The position numbers were made by a program, and so were the translations under genes. Source: a virus. Taken from it: a stretch of DNA of 64,000 bases. The notes below the pieces were generated by a model, which worked only from the letters and a program-made list of their open reading frames with translations, was not told where the DNA came from and did no database searches. Of the stretch, positions 28,319 to 38,610 are shown in pieces (the stretch's first letter is position 1; each line of letters begins with the position of its first letter). Location of the stretch: IMG/VR virus record IMGVR_UViG_3300043783_000034, positions 1 to 64,000 of that record; one strand, given 5' to 3'.

Positions 28319-28800
28319 GCGACAGGTGCATCACCTGCGCCCGCTGGCTTGTGCGGCAGGAAACTGTCTACAGCGACGGGACGACAATCGTTCGGTGGCG
28401 GGCGTCCAGCGGCCACGGAAAGTGCCGGTTCTTGAACATTGAGACGCCGGCTGAGTTTGGGTGCGCAAAGTTCGAGCAAGCGCGTCATAGTTCTGAGGCA
28501 AAAGTGTTTTTTGAAGTGCAAGTCGAGACAGAGCGCAAGGACGGCGCTCCATGGCAACACTTCACGATGATCGAATGCCCCGCGTGCAGTGGGCGCCCGG
28601 GACTAGGCGAGGCCGGCCGGTGCAAATGCGCCGGCACCGGAAAGACACGCCTCTATGACGACGGCTATGTCGGCGACGAGCACACTCGCAAGCACCCGAA
28701 GGAACTGGAACGGCCGCCTATCGCGGTCGAGCCCGGCACCATCTTGCAGGCGCTCCCCGAAAAGGCGCCAGCGGCCCTGTGGAATGAAATCCCGCAATGA
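28315..28800 (+). CDS. Cys-rich protein
   Basis: CITC, CPACSG, CKCAGTG. Confidence 0.65.
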   Translation: MSDRCITCARWLVRQETVYSDGTTIVRWRASSGHGKCRFLNIETPAEFGCAKFEQARHSSEAKVFFEVQVETERKDGAPWQHFTMIECPACSGRPGLGEAGRCKCAGTGKTRLYDDGYVGDEHTRKHPKELERPPIAVEPGTILQALPEKAPAALWNEIPQ

Positions 28801-29585
28801 TCAGGGAAATGCCGCACCGGTACGGGCCTCACCCGATCTACGTCCCTGATACGGACAACGGGCAATATGCGTGGCTGCTGACCACCCAGGCGTCGCCCGA
28901 GGACGAATGGATTGACTTGGTCCTCGCCCTGATGGCGCTACGTCCTCGGGGCGTGGCGCTGGACGGGGGTGCGAACTTCGGGTGCTGGACGGTAGCCCTC
29001 TCCACGGAGGCCTATCAGGTACACGCCTTCGAGCCCCAGCGGCAGGTCTGCGGGCTACTGCGCCGGACAGTTCGACCGCTCGGCAACGTATTCGTTTACC
29101 AGAAGGCGATCGGCGAGCATTCCGGGCTCGCCCGCATCCCGGATCTCGACATGATCAACGGGACAAACTTCGGCGGCGTGAGCATGAATATGGCGCACTG
29201 GGAGTACCCCGACGCCCCGATGCAGATGGTCGCCGTGGCCACCATCGACAGCTTCGACTTCCAAGACGTGTCATTCATCAAGGTCGACGTCGAAGGCGAA
29301 GAGGCGTCCGCACTTGAGGGCGCGCGCGATACCATCAAGCGATGCAAGCCGATCCTGTTCATTGAAGCGCTGTTCAAGGGCACGGACGATCTGTCAGATG
29401 AGGCGAAGCACGAGCGCGCCATCAAACGGGCCCGAAAGCTGCAAGACACAATCGAGGCGATGGGATATGCGGTGGACCATCGCGGCCCGAACTATCTCTG
29501 CTTGCCGCTTGTGAGGGACAAATGCCTGCCGACCTCAACGCCATGGTGGAATCGGCCCGCGCCGCCGTTGAGAGCGACCAAGTAG
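28797..29585 (+). CDS. FkbM-family methyltransferase
   Basis: LDGGANFG, HAFEP, IKVDVEGEE. Confidence 0.9.
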   Translation: MIREMPHRYGPHPIYVPDTDNGQYAWLLTTQASPEDEWIDLVLALMALRPRGVALDGGANFGCWTVALSTEAYQVHAFEPQRQVCGLLRRTVRPLGNVFVYQKAIGEHSGLARIPDLDMINGTNFGGVSMNMAHWEYPDAPMQMVAVATIDSFDFQDVSFIKVDVEGEEASALEGARDTIKRCKPILFIEALFKGTDDLSDEAKHERAIKRARKLQDTIEAMGYAVDHRGPNYLCLPLVRDKCLPTSTPWWNRPAPPLRATK

Positions 29586-31201
29586 CCGCTGCCGGCGTTT
29601 TCTACCGATCGATCCTTCGGGAAACATCGCCCCCCAAGACGGCGACGGAGCGAGTAGCTCACGGCGAGGCATGCTGGTTCAATGGCCGCCTGGCGCTCGC
29701 CCGCGGCAAACTGGGCGAAGCGGCCGACTGGTACAAAGAAGCACTCGACGCCGACCCGCGTGCGACCGACTACCGCATCGAGTTCGTCATCCGGTGCCTG
29801 ATCCCCATGGGCGCGCTCAAGGACGCGAGGATCGAGGCCGAGCGCGCGACGCGCATCGATCCGCACCACCCGATGGCTTGGCGGACACTTGCGAGCGTCG
29901 AGCATTCCATGAGCAATGCCGAAGGCGCCATTGCGGCCTATGACAGGCAGCTTGAGCTTCTGGATGCGGGAACGCCGGAATACGCGAATGCGCTGGTCGA
30001 TCGGATATCGATCGCGATCGACACCGCAGATTATGTGACCGTCCGGCGCCTATGTGATCGCGTGATGGGCACCGAGCGTCAGGCCGATGCGCTGCACTGC
30101 CTCGCGATGGCGGCCTACCGGGAGGCCGAACACGAGAAGGCAATCGAGTTATTCGACGCAGCGATCGCTGGCGGCTGCTACGACCCGGCGCTTGCGCGCT
30201 GGAACAAGTCGCTTGCCCTGCACGCAATCGGCCAATGGGAAGAGGGCTGGTCCGATCACGAGCAGCGCGGCAAACAGAGAACCGACCGCGCGATGGCGCT
30301 GATGATGAATCGCTTCGTGATGCCGATATGGGACGGCGAACCGGCACCGGCACGGCTTCATGTACATCAGGAAATGGGATCAGGCGACGTCATCGCGATG
30401 GCGCGTTATCTGCCGATCTTGGTTCGCCACGGCTATGACGTTCGGCTCGAAGTCAACGAGCAGATGGTCGACCTGATGCGCGCGAGCCTTGACGGCGTAA
30501 CCGTGATGGCGAAGGCGCCAGATTACCCGGGCGCATTGGGCATTCCGCCGTTCGACTACCACGTGCCGATGCTCTCGCTGCCGTATCTGTTTAAAACGAC
30601 GGTAAACACTGTGCCAACTTGGATGCCATACTTGAAGGCGCCGACCAATTTTCTGAGATTCCAAAACCCAGGGCTCAAGGTCGGCCTATGCTGGTCATCA
30701 GGCATTCGCGACGGCGGAGTGTGGCTTCGCGAATACGGGATGCGCAAGTCCATGTCATTTGACGATTTACAGCCACTCATCAAGGCAACCGACCACCAAA
30801 TACAATTCTTCTCACTACAGATCGGTCCGGAGCGCAGACAAGTAGCGTGGCCCGTCTATGATATTGTTTTGCCCAAAAAACCCACTTGGGGCGAAACGGC
30901 CGATCTCATCGCGCAACTCGATCTTGTCATCACCGTCGACACATCGGTGGCGCACCTCGCTGGCGCCATGGGCAAGCCGGTGTGGGTCATGGCGCAGCGC
31001 GACTGTTCGTCGTGGCACTTCATGTGCTGGCGCCCTGACGCAGTATGGAACGACCGCAGCCCGTGGTATCCTTCGGCGCGCGTCTTCCGCCAGCACCGGT
31101 TCAACGAACCGCACAAGTGGGACGAAGTCGTCGAGGACGTGACCAAGGCGCTCATCGAATGGGCCGACGCGCAAAGGGCAAATCTCGACGCCGCTGAATA
31201 A
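29522..31201 (+). CDS. TPR-repeat plus GT9/GT-B glycosyltransferase
   Basis: TPR helices; EMGSGDVI; LDLVITVDTSVAHLAGAMGKP; SPWYPS. Confidence 0.9.
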   Translation: MPADLNAMVESARAAVESDQVAAAGVFYRSILRETSPPKTATERVAHGEACWFNGRLALARGKLGEAADWYKEALDADPRATDYRIEFVIRCLIPMGALKDARIEAERATRIDPHHPMAWRTLASVEHSMSNAEGAIAAYDRQLELLDAGTPEYANALVDRISIAIDTADYVTVRRLCDRVMGTERQADALHCLAMAAYREAEHEKAIELFDAAIAGGCYDPALARWNKSLALHAIGQWEEGWSDHEQRGKQRTDRAMALMMNRFVMPIWDGEPAPARLHVHQEMGSGDVIAMARYLPILVRHGYDVRLEVNEQMVDLMRASLDGVTVMAKAPDYPGALGIPPFDYHVPMLSLPYLFKTTVNTVPTWMPYLKAPTNFLRFQNPGLKVGLCWSSGIRDGGVWLREYGMRKSMSFDDLQPLIKATDHQIQFFSLQIGPERRQVAWPVYDIVLPKKPTWGETADLIAQLDLVITVDTSVAHLAGAMGKPVWVMAQRDCSSWHFMCWRPDAVWNDRSPWYPSARVFRQHRFNEPHKWDEVVEDVTKALIEWADAQRANLDAAE

Positions 31202-31214
31202 AGGGGATTCGACG

Positions 31215-31370
31215 GTGTGGCAATCGCAAGCGCTGGCGCCGTTGCCCGTCTCCCGGCCCGCAGGCCCTACTCTGCAATGGCATGACGTCAAGGTCGGCGG
31301 CGGCGGATTCACGCGCGATATGGATATCGCGCCGGACGCAGTCTCTTGGTTAGAGACAGACGGCTGCTGA
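31215..31370 (+). pseudogene. GH74/BNR-like N-terminal remnant, in frame with the next ORF
   Basis: AAGGGG RBS; WHDVKVGGGGF..MDIAPD; single TGA. Confidence 0.5.
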
Positions 31371-31406
31371 TTCCGCGCAGGGCCGCCTAAATCAGGGAAC
31401 GGAGCA

Positions 31407-33902
31407 TTGCCTGCTTCTATTGTCAGCATCGGCTCCAACTCGACGGTCGTAACCGGCAAGGTCACGATCACCCTTTCGGCTGCGGTGCCGGCTGGTGCTC
31501 AGATTGTCGTCCTTGCCTCTTATAATTCGACGGGCAATGCAGGAAGCTGTGCTGACTCTGGCAGCAATACCTATTCAAGCGGGCCATTCGCGAACAATAA
31601 TGGCAACGCTACTCTCGGCACATTGGCATCTTATATAGCGACGGCTAATGCCGGTCTTGCAAATGGAGGTACAATTACCTTTACATTGCCGAGCGGCGCA
31701 ACATTGGCATCGGTTGCGGCTGTTTATTTGCTCGGCGTAGTGACCGGCACTCTGTCCCAAAGCAATAGCGGCAGCGGAGTAGGCACCAACCCCAGTATTT
31801 CCACTGTCGCCAATGTGCAATCCGGTCAGGCCGCCGTCGCGGCTGTTTCCGGATCGTCGCTCATCACTTCCTTTACTCAGGACACCGCTGATGGCTGGTC
31901 AAGCCCAATCGGCGATGTATCCAATGCCGCACCCGTTTTGGCTGGTGGGTCGCAGGTTATCCCAGCGTCGGGAAGTTTGACTTACGCGCCGACTTTCGGC
32001 TCGTCCGATAATTGGGCGGCGGTCATCCTTATTTTTCTGCCGTGGACGAACTGGATACCGGAAGATCATCTGAAACCCAATCAGCACCCGCGCCCCGAGC
32101 GCAGCGGCGCCTTGCAGATCGGCGAAGGCAATATCAGCGGCACAGAATATCCGATCATACAGTGGTTCAATTACGGGTGGCCGGTCCAGCCCCCGATGAT
32201 CCGACATCCCATGCCAGAGCGCGCCGGATCGATCATGCCATTGTCGCAGATCGATACGCTTTTCCCGTGGTCGCTTTTCGGATGGGAGCCATATTCGGTC
32301 ACCTACGCAAAAGTAGGCGTACGAGCGCGGCTCGTGCAGGCGCCGGATATCGGTGCGTACGTCGCGCCACCGCCCTTTACGATTTACCGCAGCGAGATCC
32401 AATCCTGGCAGTCGCCGCACCCGCGCCCGGAGAAAGGAGGCTCGCTTGCTGGCGGCGACTTCGGCGTTACTTTTCAGCAACTGCTTCCCCAATTCTATCA
32501 GGGATGGGAAGTGCTGCTCTGGCAGCCGCCGCACCCGCGCCCGGAGAAGGGCGGATCGATCGCGCGCGGCGACGACGGTACCGAGGCCAAATTCCAGTTC
32601 GTGCCTCCGTCCTTCATTTGGGCGGCCGAAGTTCAATATTCCTACGTGCTGCCGCGCCAGCCGATGCCTCTGCGAGATCCAGCGTGGCGGGTTGATAACG
32701 GTGCCGATTGGCCGACCCGTCCGTGGCTGTTCATGGGGTTCGAGGTACAGCAGCCCCCACCGCCGCATCCCCGGTCGGAACGGTGGGCAGCAGTCTTCCC
32801 AGAAGATGACGGTATCGAGGCGCCACTGTATCGATGGCAGAATTATGGGTGGCAGATCGAGCCACCATCGCCACCGCATGTGCGCTTCGAGCGCGCCGCC
32901 GGCGTGCTCCCGATCGTCAACCCGGACGGCACGTTGCCCCCGTTCTATCAATGGGGTTGGGAAAACGCGCCGGCGCTGCCGCCGCATCCGCGCCCCGAGC
33001 GATTCGGCGCCAATGCCCGTGGCGATGATGGCACCGAGCTCAATCTCGCATTTTGGGTCACCGCCGGTCGTGGGTCGCAGGACTTCCAGCCCCCCCACCC
33101 GCGCCCGGAACGCGCGGGATCGACCCTCAAGGGCGACGAAGGAATCGAGGGCATCTATCATTTCGTAACGGCACCCTTCGCTTGGTCACTCGACGTCCAT
33201 TACGCCTACCCGCATCGACCATTCCGCGATGCCTCCTGGCGCGGCGACGATGGCGCGCAGGGCTTGTTCTCGCAGTGGATAAACGTCGGCTGGGAGCCGA
33301 CGCCGCCGATGCTCTACTTCCCGCGCCAATGGCGCGCGGGCGCAACGATGCGCGGCGATGATGGCAACGAAGGTCGCTATCAGTTTTGGGTCAATCGCGG
33401 GTGGGAGGAGACCACCGTCGACATTCCGCGGCGCCGCGTCGAGCGCGTTGGCACGCTTCCTGGCGACGATGGCATTGAGGCGCTCTACAAGCCCTTCATT
33501 CCAATCTTTACGTGGTGGTTCCCGTACCAACCACAGCGCATTCCCTTCAATCGGGAGGCCGCTATTGCGGCCGGTGACCACGGCACGGAATTGCCTTTCG
33601 TCCCGCCGTTCGTCGGCGGCGGAAAATTGTTCGAACCTCCGCAATATTGGCGCGCACGGTCGAAACTGGATGTTCCCCGGTGGGAAGAAGGCACCGAAGC
33701 GCCAATGCAGCAGCAGCCGATCACCGGCTGGGACGGTACACCACCTGTGCTGCAGATACCGTGGTTCAAGTTCGCGGCCGCCTTCATGGCGGGCTCGCCG
33801 GGCATCGACGCCGTGTACTACGTGCCGGTCTTCTATGCGAAGACGACGATCACGTGGATGCGCGGCGTAACCGTGGTAAAAGGCGAGTGGTCACCAGATT
33901 GA
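31407..33902 (+). CDS. Beta-rich domain plus about 16 Trp/Pro-rich ~38-aa repeats
   Basis: GW.x.PPHPRPER.G...GDDG.E repeats. Confidence 0.8.
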   Translation: MPASIVSIGSNSTVVTGKVTITLSAAVPAGAQIVVLASYNSTGNAGSCADSGSNTYSSGPFANNNGNATLGTLASYIATANAGLANGGTITFTLPSGATLASVAAVYLLGVVTGTLSQSNSGSGVGTNPSISTVANVQSGQAAVAAVSGSSLITSFTQDTADGWSSPIGDVSNAAPVLAGGSQVIPASGSLTYAPTFGSSDNWAAVILIFLPWTNWIPEDHLKPNQHPRPERSGALQIGEGNISGTEYPIIQWFNYGWPVQPPMIRHPMPERAGSIMPLSQIDTLFPWSLFGWEPYSVTYAKVGVRARLVQAPDIGAYVAPPPFTIYRSEIQSWQSPHPRPEKGGSLAGGDFGVTFQQLLPQFYQGWEVLLWQPPHPRPEKGGSIARGDDGTEAKFQFVPPSFIWAAEVQYSYVLPRQPMPLRDPAWRVDNGADWPTRPWLFMGFEVQQPPPPHPRSERWAAVFPEDDGIEAPLYRWQNYGWQIEPPSPPHVRFERAAGVLPIVNPDGTLPPFYQWGWENAPALPPHPRPERFGANARGDDGTELNLAFWVTAGRGSQDFQPPHPRPERAGSTLKGDEGIEGIYHFVTAPFAWSLDVHYAYPHRPFRDASWRGDDGAQGLFSQWINVGWEPTPPMLYFPRQWRAGATMRGDDGNEGRYQFWVNRGWEETTVDIPRRRVERVGTLPGDDGIEALYKPFIPIFTWWFPYQPQRIPFNREAAIAAGDHGTELPFVPPFVGGGKLFEPPQYWRARSKLDVPRWEEGTEAPMQQQPITGWDGTPPVLQIPWFKFAAAFMAGSPGIDAVYYVPVFYAKTTITWMRGVTVVKGEWSPD

Positions 33903-33909
33903 GGACGCA

Positions 33910-34251
33910 ATGCTCTCGGGCGGCATCCAGGCGATTACCCGCGGCGCGACGATCCAGTTCGCAACGACGTTCTATGACGTCAATGGGAACGTCGTCGTGC
34001 CAGATTCCGCCAATGTGCAGATCTTCTATGCGACGCCCGCCGAGCCGGACGGGATCTACGCCAATGTAGCAATGACGCGGCCCGGCATCGGCAATACGCT
34101 GTGGACGGCGCTGTGGGATTCGCGAGGTGCGCTCGCGCCTTGGGTCATCGAATGGGCGATCCAGACCGGCATGGACGATCCTATCCCTGTGACGCAGGAA
34201 GACGGCATCTTCCGACTCGTCGCCAACAACGCCAACTTGCCGACGTTCTGA
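33910..34251 (+). CDS. Small Ig/BppU-like adaptor
   Basis: GATIQFATTFYDVNG; beta-rich. Confidence 0.55.
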   Translation: MLSGGIQAITRGATIQFATTFYDVNGNVVVPDSANVQIFYATPAEPDGIYANVAMTRPGIGNTLWTALWDSRGALAPWVIEWAIQTGMDDPIPVTQEDGIFRLVANNANLPTF

Positions 34252-34255
34252 TGCC

Positions 34256-34645
34256 ATGAACCTCAACTTTCTCGCCGGGGGCGTTGCGGCTGCGGTCAAT
34301 CCGCAGATGCGCGTCAAGGTGCAGGTCAGCACCGGATGGACGCTGAGCCCAAACGGGGACGGCTCGCGCATTCCGTCCTACGCGCCGCCGGTCTATGTGT
34401 TCGGCCAGATCCAGCCCGTCACATGGCGCGATATCCAGCACCTTGACGGATTGAACCTGCAAGGCACGCGCCGCGTGATATACCTCAACGGCAGAATCGA
34501 AGGGCTTGTGCGACCGACGAATCAGGGCGGCGATCTTATAACGCTGCCGGATAAGTCGGTGTGGCTGGTGACGCTCATCATCGAGGGCTGGAGCCCGACC
34601 GCCGGATGGACGAAGGCTGCGATCCAACTGCAAAACGGGAGCTGA
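34256..34645 (+). CDS. Head closure/neck protein
   Basis: MNL..AVNP, DIQHLDGLNLQG, GGDLI. Confidence 0.8.
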   Translation: MNLNFLAGGVAAAVNPQMRVKVQVSTGWTLSPNGDGSRIPSYAPPVYVFGQIQPVTWRDIQHLDGLNLQGTRRVIYLNGRIEGLVRPTNQGGDLITLPDKSVWLVTLIIEGWSPTAGWTKAAIQLQNGS

Positions 34646-34647
34646 TT

Positions 34648-35220
34648 ATGCGCAAGCTATACTTGGCTGCTGCGACATGGATTGCCCTCACGGCAATGGC
34701 ATGGGCACAGGGCGCCACTGGCCTCCTGATCCAGCCTCTCGGTTATTGCCAGCTTTCCGCGACGCAGCTTTCTTCGGCGATCGGCCTTGCCTCGTGCACG
34801 CGGGCAAGTTTTACCGGCACCGGATCGGGTACGAACCTGACGACGACAAGCGTCACGGGAATCATCAAGGTCGGCGATACGGTGACGGGAACGGGCGTGC
34901 CTTCGGGGACGACGATTCTCTCGCAGACCAGCGGCACCGCTGGCGGCGCCGGCGTCTACGTGACCAGTGCCACGACTACATCATCGAGTGCCAGCCTTAC
35001 GTCGGGCGGCATCCCTTCGCGAGCTAATCTCGTGGCGCTACAAGCCGAAACGGCCAACGTGCGCTACCGCGATGATGGCGGCGCACCCACGGCCTCGATC
35101 GGGGAAATTATCGTCAGCGGGCAGCAACCATTCCTGTATTCGGGGACACTGTCGACACTCCAATTCATCGCGGCAAGCGGCAGCCCGCTTCTTGACGTGC
35201 TGTTCTATTATTCGCCATGA
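34648..35220 (+). CDS. Signal-peptide-bearing decoration protein with inserted Thr/Gly domain
   Basis: MRKLYL..AWA|Q; LGYCQ; VRYRDDG.APTA. Confidence 0.7.
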   Translation: MRKLYLAAATWIALTAMAWAQGATGLLIQPLGYCQLSATQLSSAIGLASCTRASFTGTGSGTNLTTTSVTGIIKVGDTVTGTGVPSGTTILSQTSGTAGGAGVYVTSATTTSSSASLTSGGIPSRANLVALQAETANVRYRDDGGAPTASIGEIIVSGQQPFLYSGTLSTLQFIAASGSPLLDVLFYYSP

Positions 35221-35297
35221 CGTTTCTGCAAATCTTCGCGCTTTACTGCATTCCATCCTTGCTCGTGGCGTTGCTCGTGGTATTGCGCGCTTAAATC

Positions 35298-36050
35298 ATG
35301 GCCTCGATCTCTCCGACACAATCGAACATCACCGCCGCGCTTTATGCATTCCTGACATTCATTTTGCCGCCGAATACCTTGGTGGTGCTCGCGGCCGATA
35401 ATCGCGTCACTGAACCGAGCCAGACTAACTTCGTCGTCATGACGCCAATTCGCTTCGAGCGCATCGCCACCAACATCGACACCGGCGCAGACGTGAAGTT
35501 CACAGGATCCATTAGCGGCAATACGCTCACTGTCGAGAGCGTGGCTATCGGGGTGCTCGCGCCGGGTGCCATCATCAACGGGCCAAGCATTCCCCCGGGC
35601 ATCACGGTTGGCAGTCAGCGGAGCGGATCTCCGGGCGGCGCTGGCGTCTACGTTGTCAATGGCGCCCCACCAACGGTCCCCGTGGAAACCATGTCATGCG
35701 GGGCGATCGGGTTGTTGCAGTTGGCAGTCGTCACGGTGCAACTTGATTTTCATTCCGGAACCAATGGCAGCGCCAGCGCGGCGTCGGATATGGCGCAGAC
35801 AGTGTCGACGGTGCTGCGCGACGAGCAAGGCGTCAACTTCTTCGCAACGCTCGCGCCGCCCCTCAACGGCGTCGTGCCGCTCTATGCGGATGATCCGCGC
35901 TACATGCCTTTCATCAATGATGCGGAGCAATATGAATGGCGATGGGTGCTCGAAGCGCGCTTCGAGGCCGACCAGCTTGTCAGTCTGCCGCAGCAGTTCT
36001 TCGACTCGGCGACGATCACGGTTGAGAGCGCGACGGCGCTACCGGATTAA
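35298..36050 (+). CDS. Tail completion/terminator protein
   Basis: NRVTEP, VQLDF, PLYADDP, EQYEWRW. Confidence 0.78.
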   Translation: MASISPTQSNITAALYAFLTFILPPNTLVVLAADNRVTEPSQTNFVVMTPIRFERIATNIDTGADVKFTGSISGNTLTVESVAIGVLAPGAIINGPSIPPGITVGSQRSGSPGGAGVYVVNGAPPTVPVETMSCGAIGLLQLAVVTVQLDFHSGTNGSASAASDMAQTVSTVLRDEQGVNFFATLAPPLNGVVPLYADDPRYMPFINDAEQYEWRWVLEARFEADQLVSLPQQFFDSATITVESATALPD

Positions 36051-36150
36051 GTCTTCTTGGCTCGCTACTCCCCTGACGCACTAGCACTTTCGCGGTCGCC
36101 CGCTATGGTCAACCCGGCTCGCTGTGGCAGCCAGGGGAGCGCCGCCGCCC

Positions 36151-38148
36151 ATGTCCTCAATCCCGTCCCAAGAAATTGTCAATACACAGGGCACGGTACT
36201 GGCGGCCGGCGGTGCGGGACTCCAATTCAACGGCCTTTTTCTGACGAACAACACGCGCGTGCCGATCGGCACCGTGATGCAATTCGGCAGTCTTGCCGCA
36301 GTCCAGCAATACTTCGGCGCATCGTCCGTCTTTGCAGCGCGTGCGGCGGTCTATTTCACCGGCCCGGCCAATGCGACGCAGACGCCGCAAGGCCTTCTCG
36401 TCACGCAATATCCGTCGACGAATGTCGCCGCCTATCTCCGGGGCGGCAATATCTCGGCGCTGCCGCTCGCTACGCTGCAGACCTACAATGGCACGCTCTC
36501 CGTCACCATCAATGGCAGCCTTAAGTCGGCGGCCATCAACCTCGCCACGGCGGCAAGCTTCTCGAATGCGGCCGAACTCATCGGCCAAGGCCTCGGTATT
36601 GAGGGCCAGCAAGCGGCAACCTTCACGGCCTCGGTCGGCGGTACGTTCACGTGTACGTCCACCGGAACGACACTCAACGTCTCTGCGGTTCTGACGGGCA
36701 GCCTACAGTCCGGCGACATCGTCAGTGGCACCGATGGCACGAACTCGCTGCCGGGCGGCACGCAGATCATATCGCAGCTCACCGGCACGCCTGGTGGTGT
36801 CGGCACGTACCAATTGAGCGCGGCGGCGACGCCGGGGAACCTCGGCAGCTGCACCGTCACGTCGCTATCGACTGTGCTCAATGTCACTGCGATCGCGAGC
36901 GGCGCCCTCGCCACGGCCGACGTCGTGACCGGCACCAGCATTCCCGCAAATACGTACATCACCGGCCAGATCTCCGGGACGACGGGCGGCATCGGCACGT
37001 ATGGCCTGAGCGGCACCGGCCACACGATCGCCAGCGAAGCGATGACGGCCTTCGGGCCGGGCGTGGTCTACGACAGCATTTCCGGTGCCTTCGTGATCAA
37101 TTCGAGCACGGCTGGCGCGACGTCGACGATCACCTTCGGATCGGGCGCGCTCGCGACGAATCTACTGCTCACCCAGGCGACCGGTGCGGTACTCTCGCAG
37201 GGCAGCGCTCCAGCGACGCCGGCCGCGTTCATGACCGCTATCCTGTCGCAAACCGTGAACTGGGTCTGTTTTGCGACCGATTTTGATCCCGACGGCGGCT
37301 CCGGGAATGCGCAAAAGCAACTGTTTGCGGCGTGGAAAAATACCGCGCTCGGCGGCAATCGCTTCGCATATGTTTGCTGGGACAACGACGTCACGCCAAC
37401 CGTCAGCGTGCCGGCGACGGCAAGTCTCGGTTACATTCTCGATCAGAACGGGGACTCGGGAACGGCACTCATCTGGGAGCCAGCTGGCGCCGTCGGAGAC
37501 GCTGATTACTATTCCGCCTTTGCGATGGGTTGGGCGGCTTCGATCAATTTCAGTGCGCCGAATGGTCGATCAACGCTCGCATTCAAGAATCAAGCTGGCC
37601 TCGTGCCAACGGTTTCTGATCCGCTTACGGCGCAGAACCTCGGCGGCAATCCGCAGGCGCCCGACAGCTTCGGCAACGGGTATAGCTTCTATGGCGCTTA
37701 CGGCACGGCCGGTCAGAGCAATACGTGGTTCCAGCGCGGTTTTATCACCGGGCCGTACGAATGGTTCGACGGATACGTCAACCAGATATGGCTGCTGAAC
37801 CAATGCCAGATCGCGTTGCTTACCGCATTCGGCAATCTCACTTCGCTGCCGTTCACGACCGCCGGCCAAGGCATCATCAGCGAGGTATTGCAGCCGTCCA
37901 TCCAGGCGGGACTAAGCTTCGGCGCCTTCGGCCCTGGCCCGCTCACGACCTCGCAACAGGCGCAGATCAATCAGCAGGCCGGCGCGAACATCGCCGCGAC
38001 GATCTCGGCGCAAGGCTGGTATCTCCAGTTCATCGCGGCGTCGCCAGCGGTCAAGGCCTCGCGTGGGCCGCAGCAGCTCGTACTATGGTATCTCGACAAT
38101 GGCGTGATCCAGTCGATCAGCCTGACCAGCGTCGCCGTCGTGGGCTGA
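36151..38148 (+). CDS. Tail sheath (DUF3383-like)
   Basis: AAYLRGG, TLAFKNQAGL, FYGAY, YVNQIWL. Confidence 0.9.
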   Translation: MSSIPSQEIVNTQGTVLAAGGAGLQFNGLFLTNNTRVPIGTVMQFGSLAAVQQYFGASSVFAARAAVYFTGPANATQTPQGLLVTQYPSTNVAAYLRGGNISALPLATLQTYNGTLSVTINGSLKSAAINLATAASFSNAAELIGQGLGIEGQQAATFTASVGGTFTCTSTGTTLNVSAVLTGSLQSGDIVSGTDGTNSLPGGTQIISQLTGTPGGVGTYQLSAAATPGNLGSCTVTSLSTVLNVTAIASGALATADVVTGTSIPANTYITGQISGTTGGIGTYGLSGTGHTIASEAMTAFGPGVVYDSISGAFVINSSTAGATSTITFGSGALATNLLLTQATGAVLSQGSAPATPAAFMTAILSQTVNWVCFATDFDPDGGSGNAQKQLFAAWKNTALGGNRFAYVCWDNDVTPTVSVPATASLGYILDQNGDSGTALIWEPAGAVGDADYYSAFAMGWAASINFSAPNGRSTLAFKNQAGLVPTVSDPLTAQNLGGNPQAPDSFGNGYSFYGAYGTAGQSNTWFQRGFITGPYEWFDGYVNQIWLLNQCQIALLTAFGNLTSLPFTTAGQGIISEVLQPSIQAGLSFGAFGPGPLTTSQQAQINQQAGANIAATISAQGWYLQFIAASPAVKASRGPQQLVLWYLDNGVIQSISLTSVAVVG

Positions 38149-38164
38149 TAGGAGCGCAGCAGCG

Positions 38165-38599
38165 ATGCCCGGAACGATCACATCGGCCAACGTCCTCCTG
38201 ACGCTTTCGCAGACGATCCTGTTTCCGACGCCGCAGCCTATCCAGGGCTTCATGGCGGACGACGTTTTCGATACGCCGCAGGTGCGCACCAAGGAAGTGC
38301 TGATGGGTGTCGACGGCACGCTGTCTTTCGGCTTCGTATGGGCTGCGCGCCCGGTGACCGTGGCGCTGCAGGCCAATTCGCCATCGCTGTCGTTTTTTGA
38401 CACCATCAATGCTCAGGAAGAGGCGGCGCAGGACGTCTACCCGATTTCCGGCACCCTGATTTATCCGTCAATTTCCACGCGATTCACCCTCGTCAATGGC
38501 GCCATGACCGACTACAAGTTCATTCCGGATGCCAAGCGCACGCTGATCGGACGGCGCATGGTGCTCACCTTCAACCGGGTGATCGTCTCCCCGCAATAG
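38165..38599 (+). CDS. Tail tube protein
   Basis: TITSAN, MGVDG.LS.G, LQANSPS. Confidence 0.85.
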   Translation: MPGTITSANVLLTLSQTILFPTPQPIQGFMADDVFDTPQVRTKEVLMGVDGTLSFGFVWAARPVTVALQANSPSLSFFDTINAQEEAAQDVYPISGTLIYPSISTRFTLVNGAMTDYKFIPDAKRTLIGRRMVLTFNRVIVSPQ

Positions 38600-38610
38600 G
38601 CTTTGCGCGT

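Noticed and set aside
31365-31410. Selenocysteine recoding at TGC-TGA
   Set aside because: No convincing SECIS hairpin and no redox-protein context
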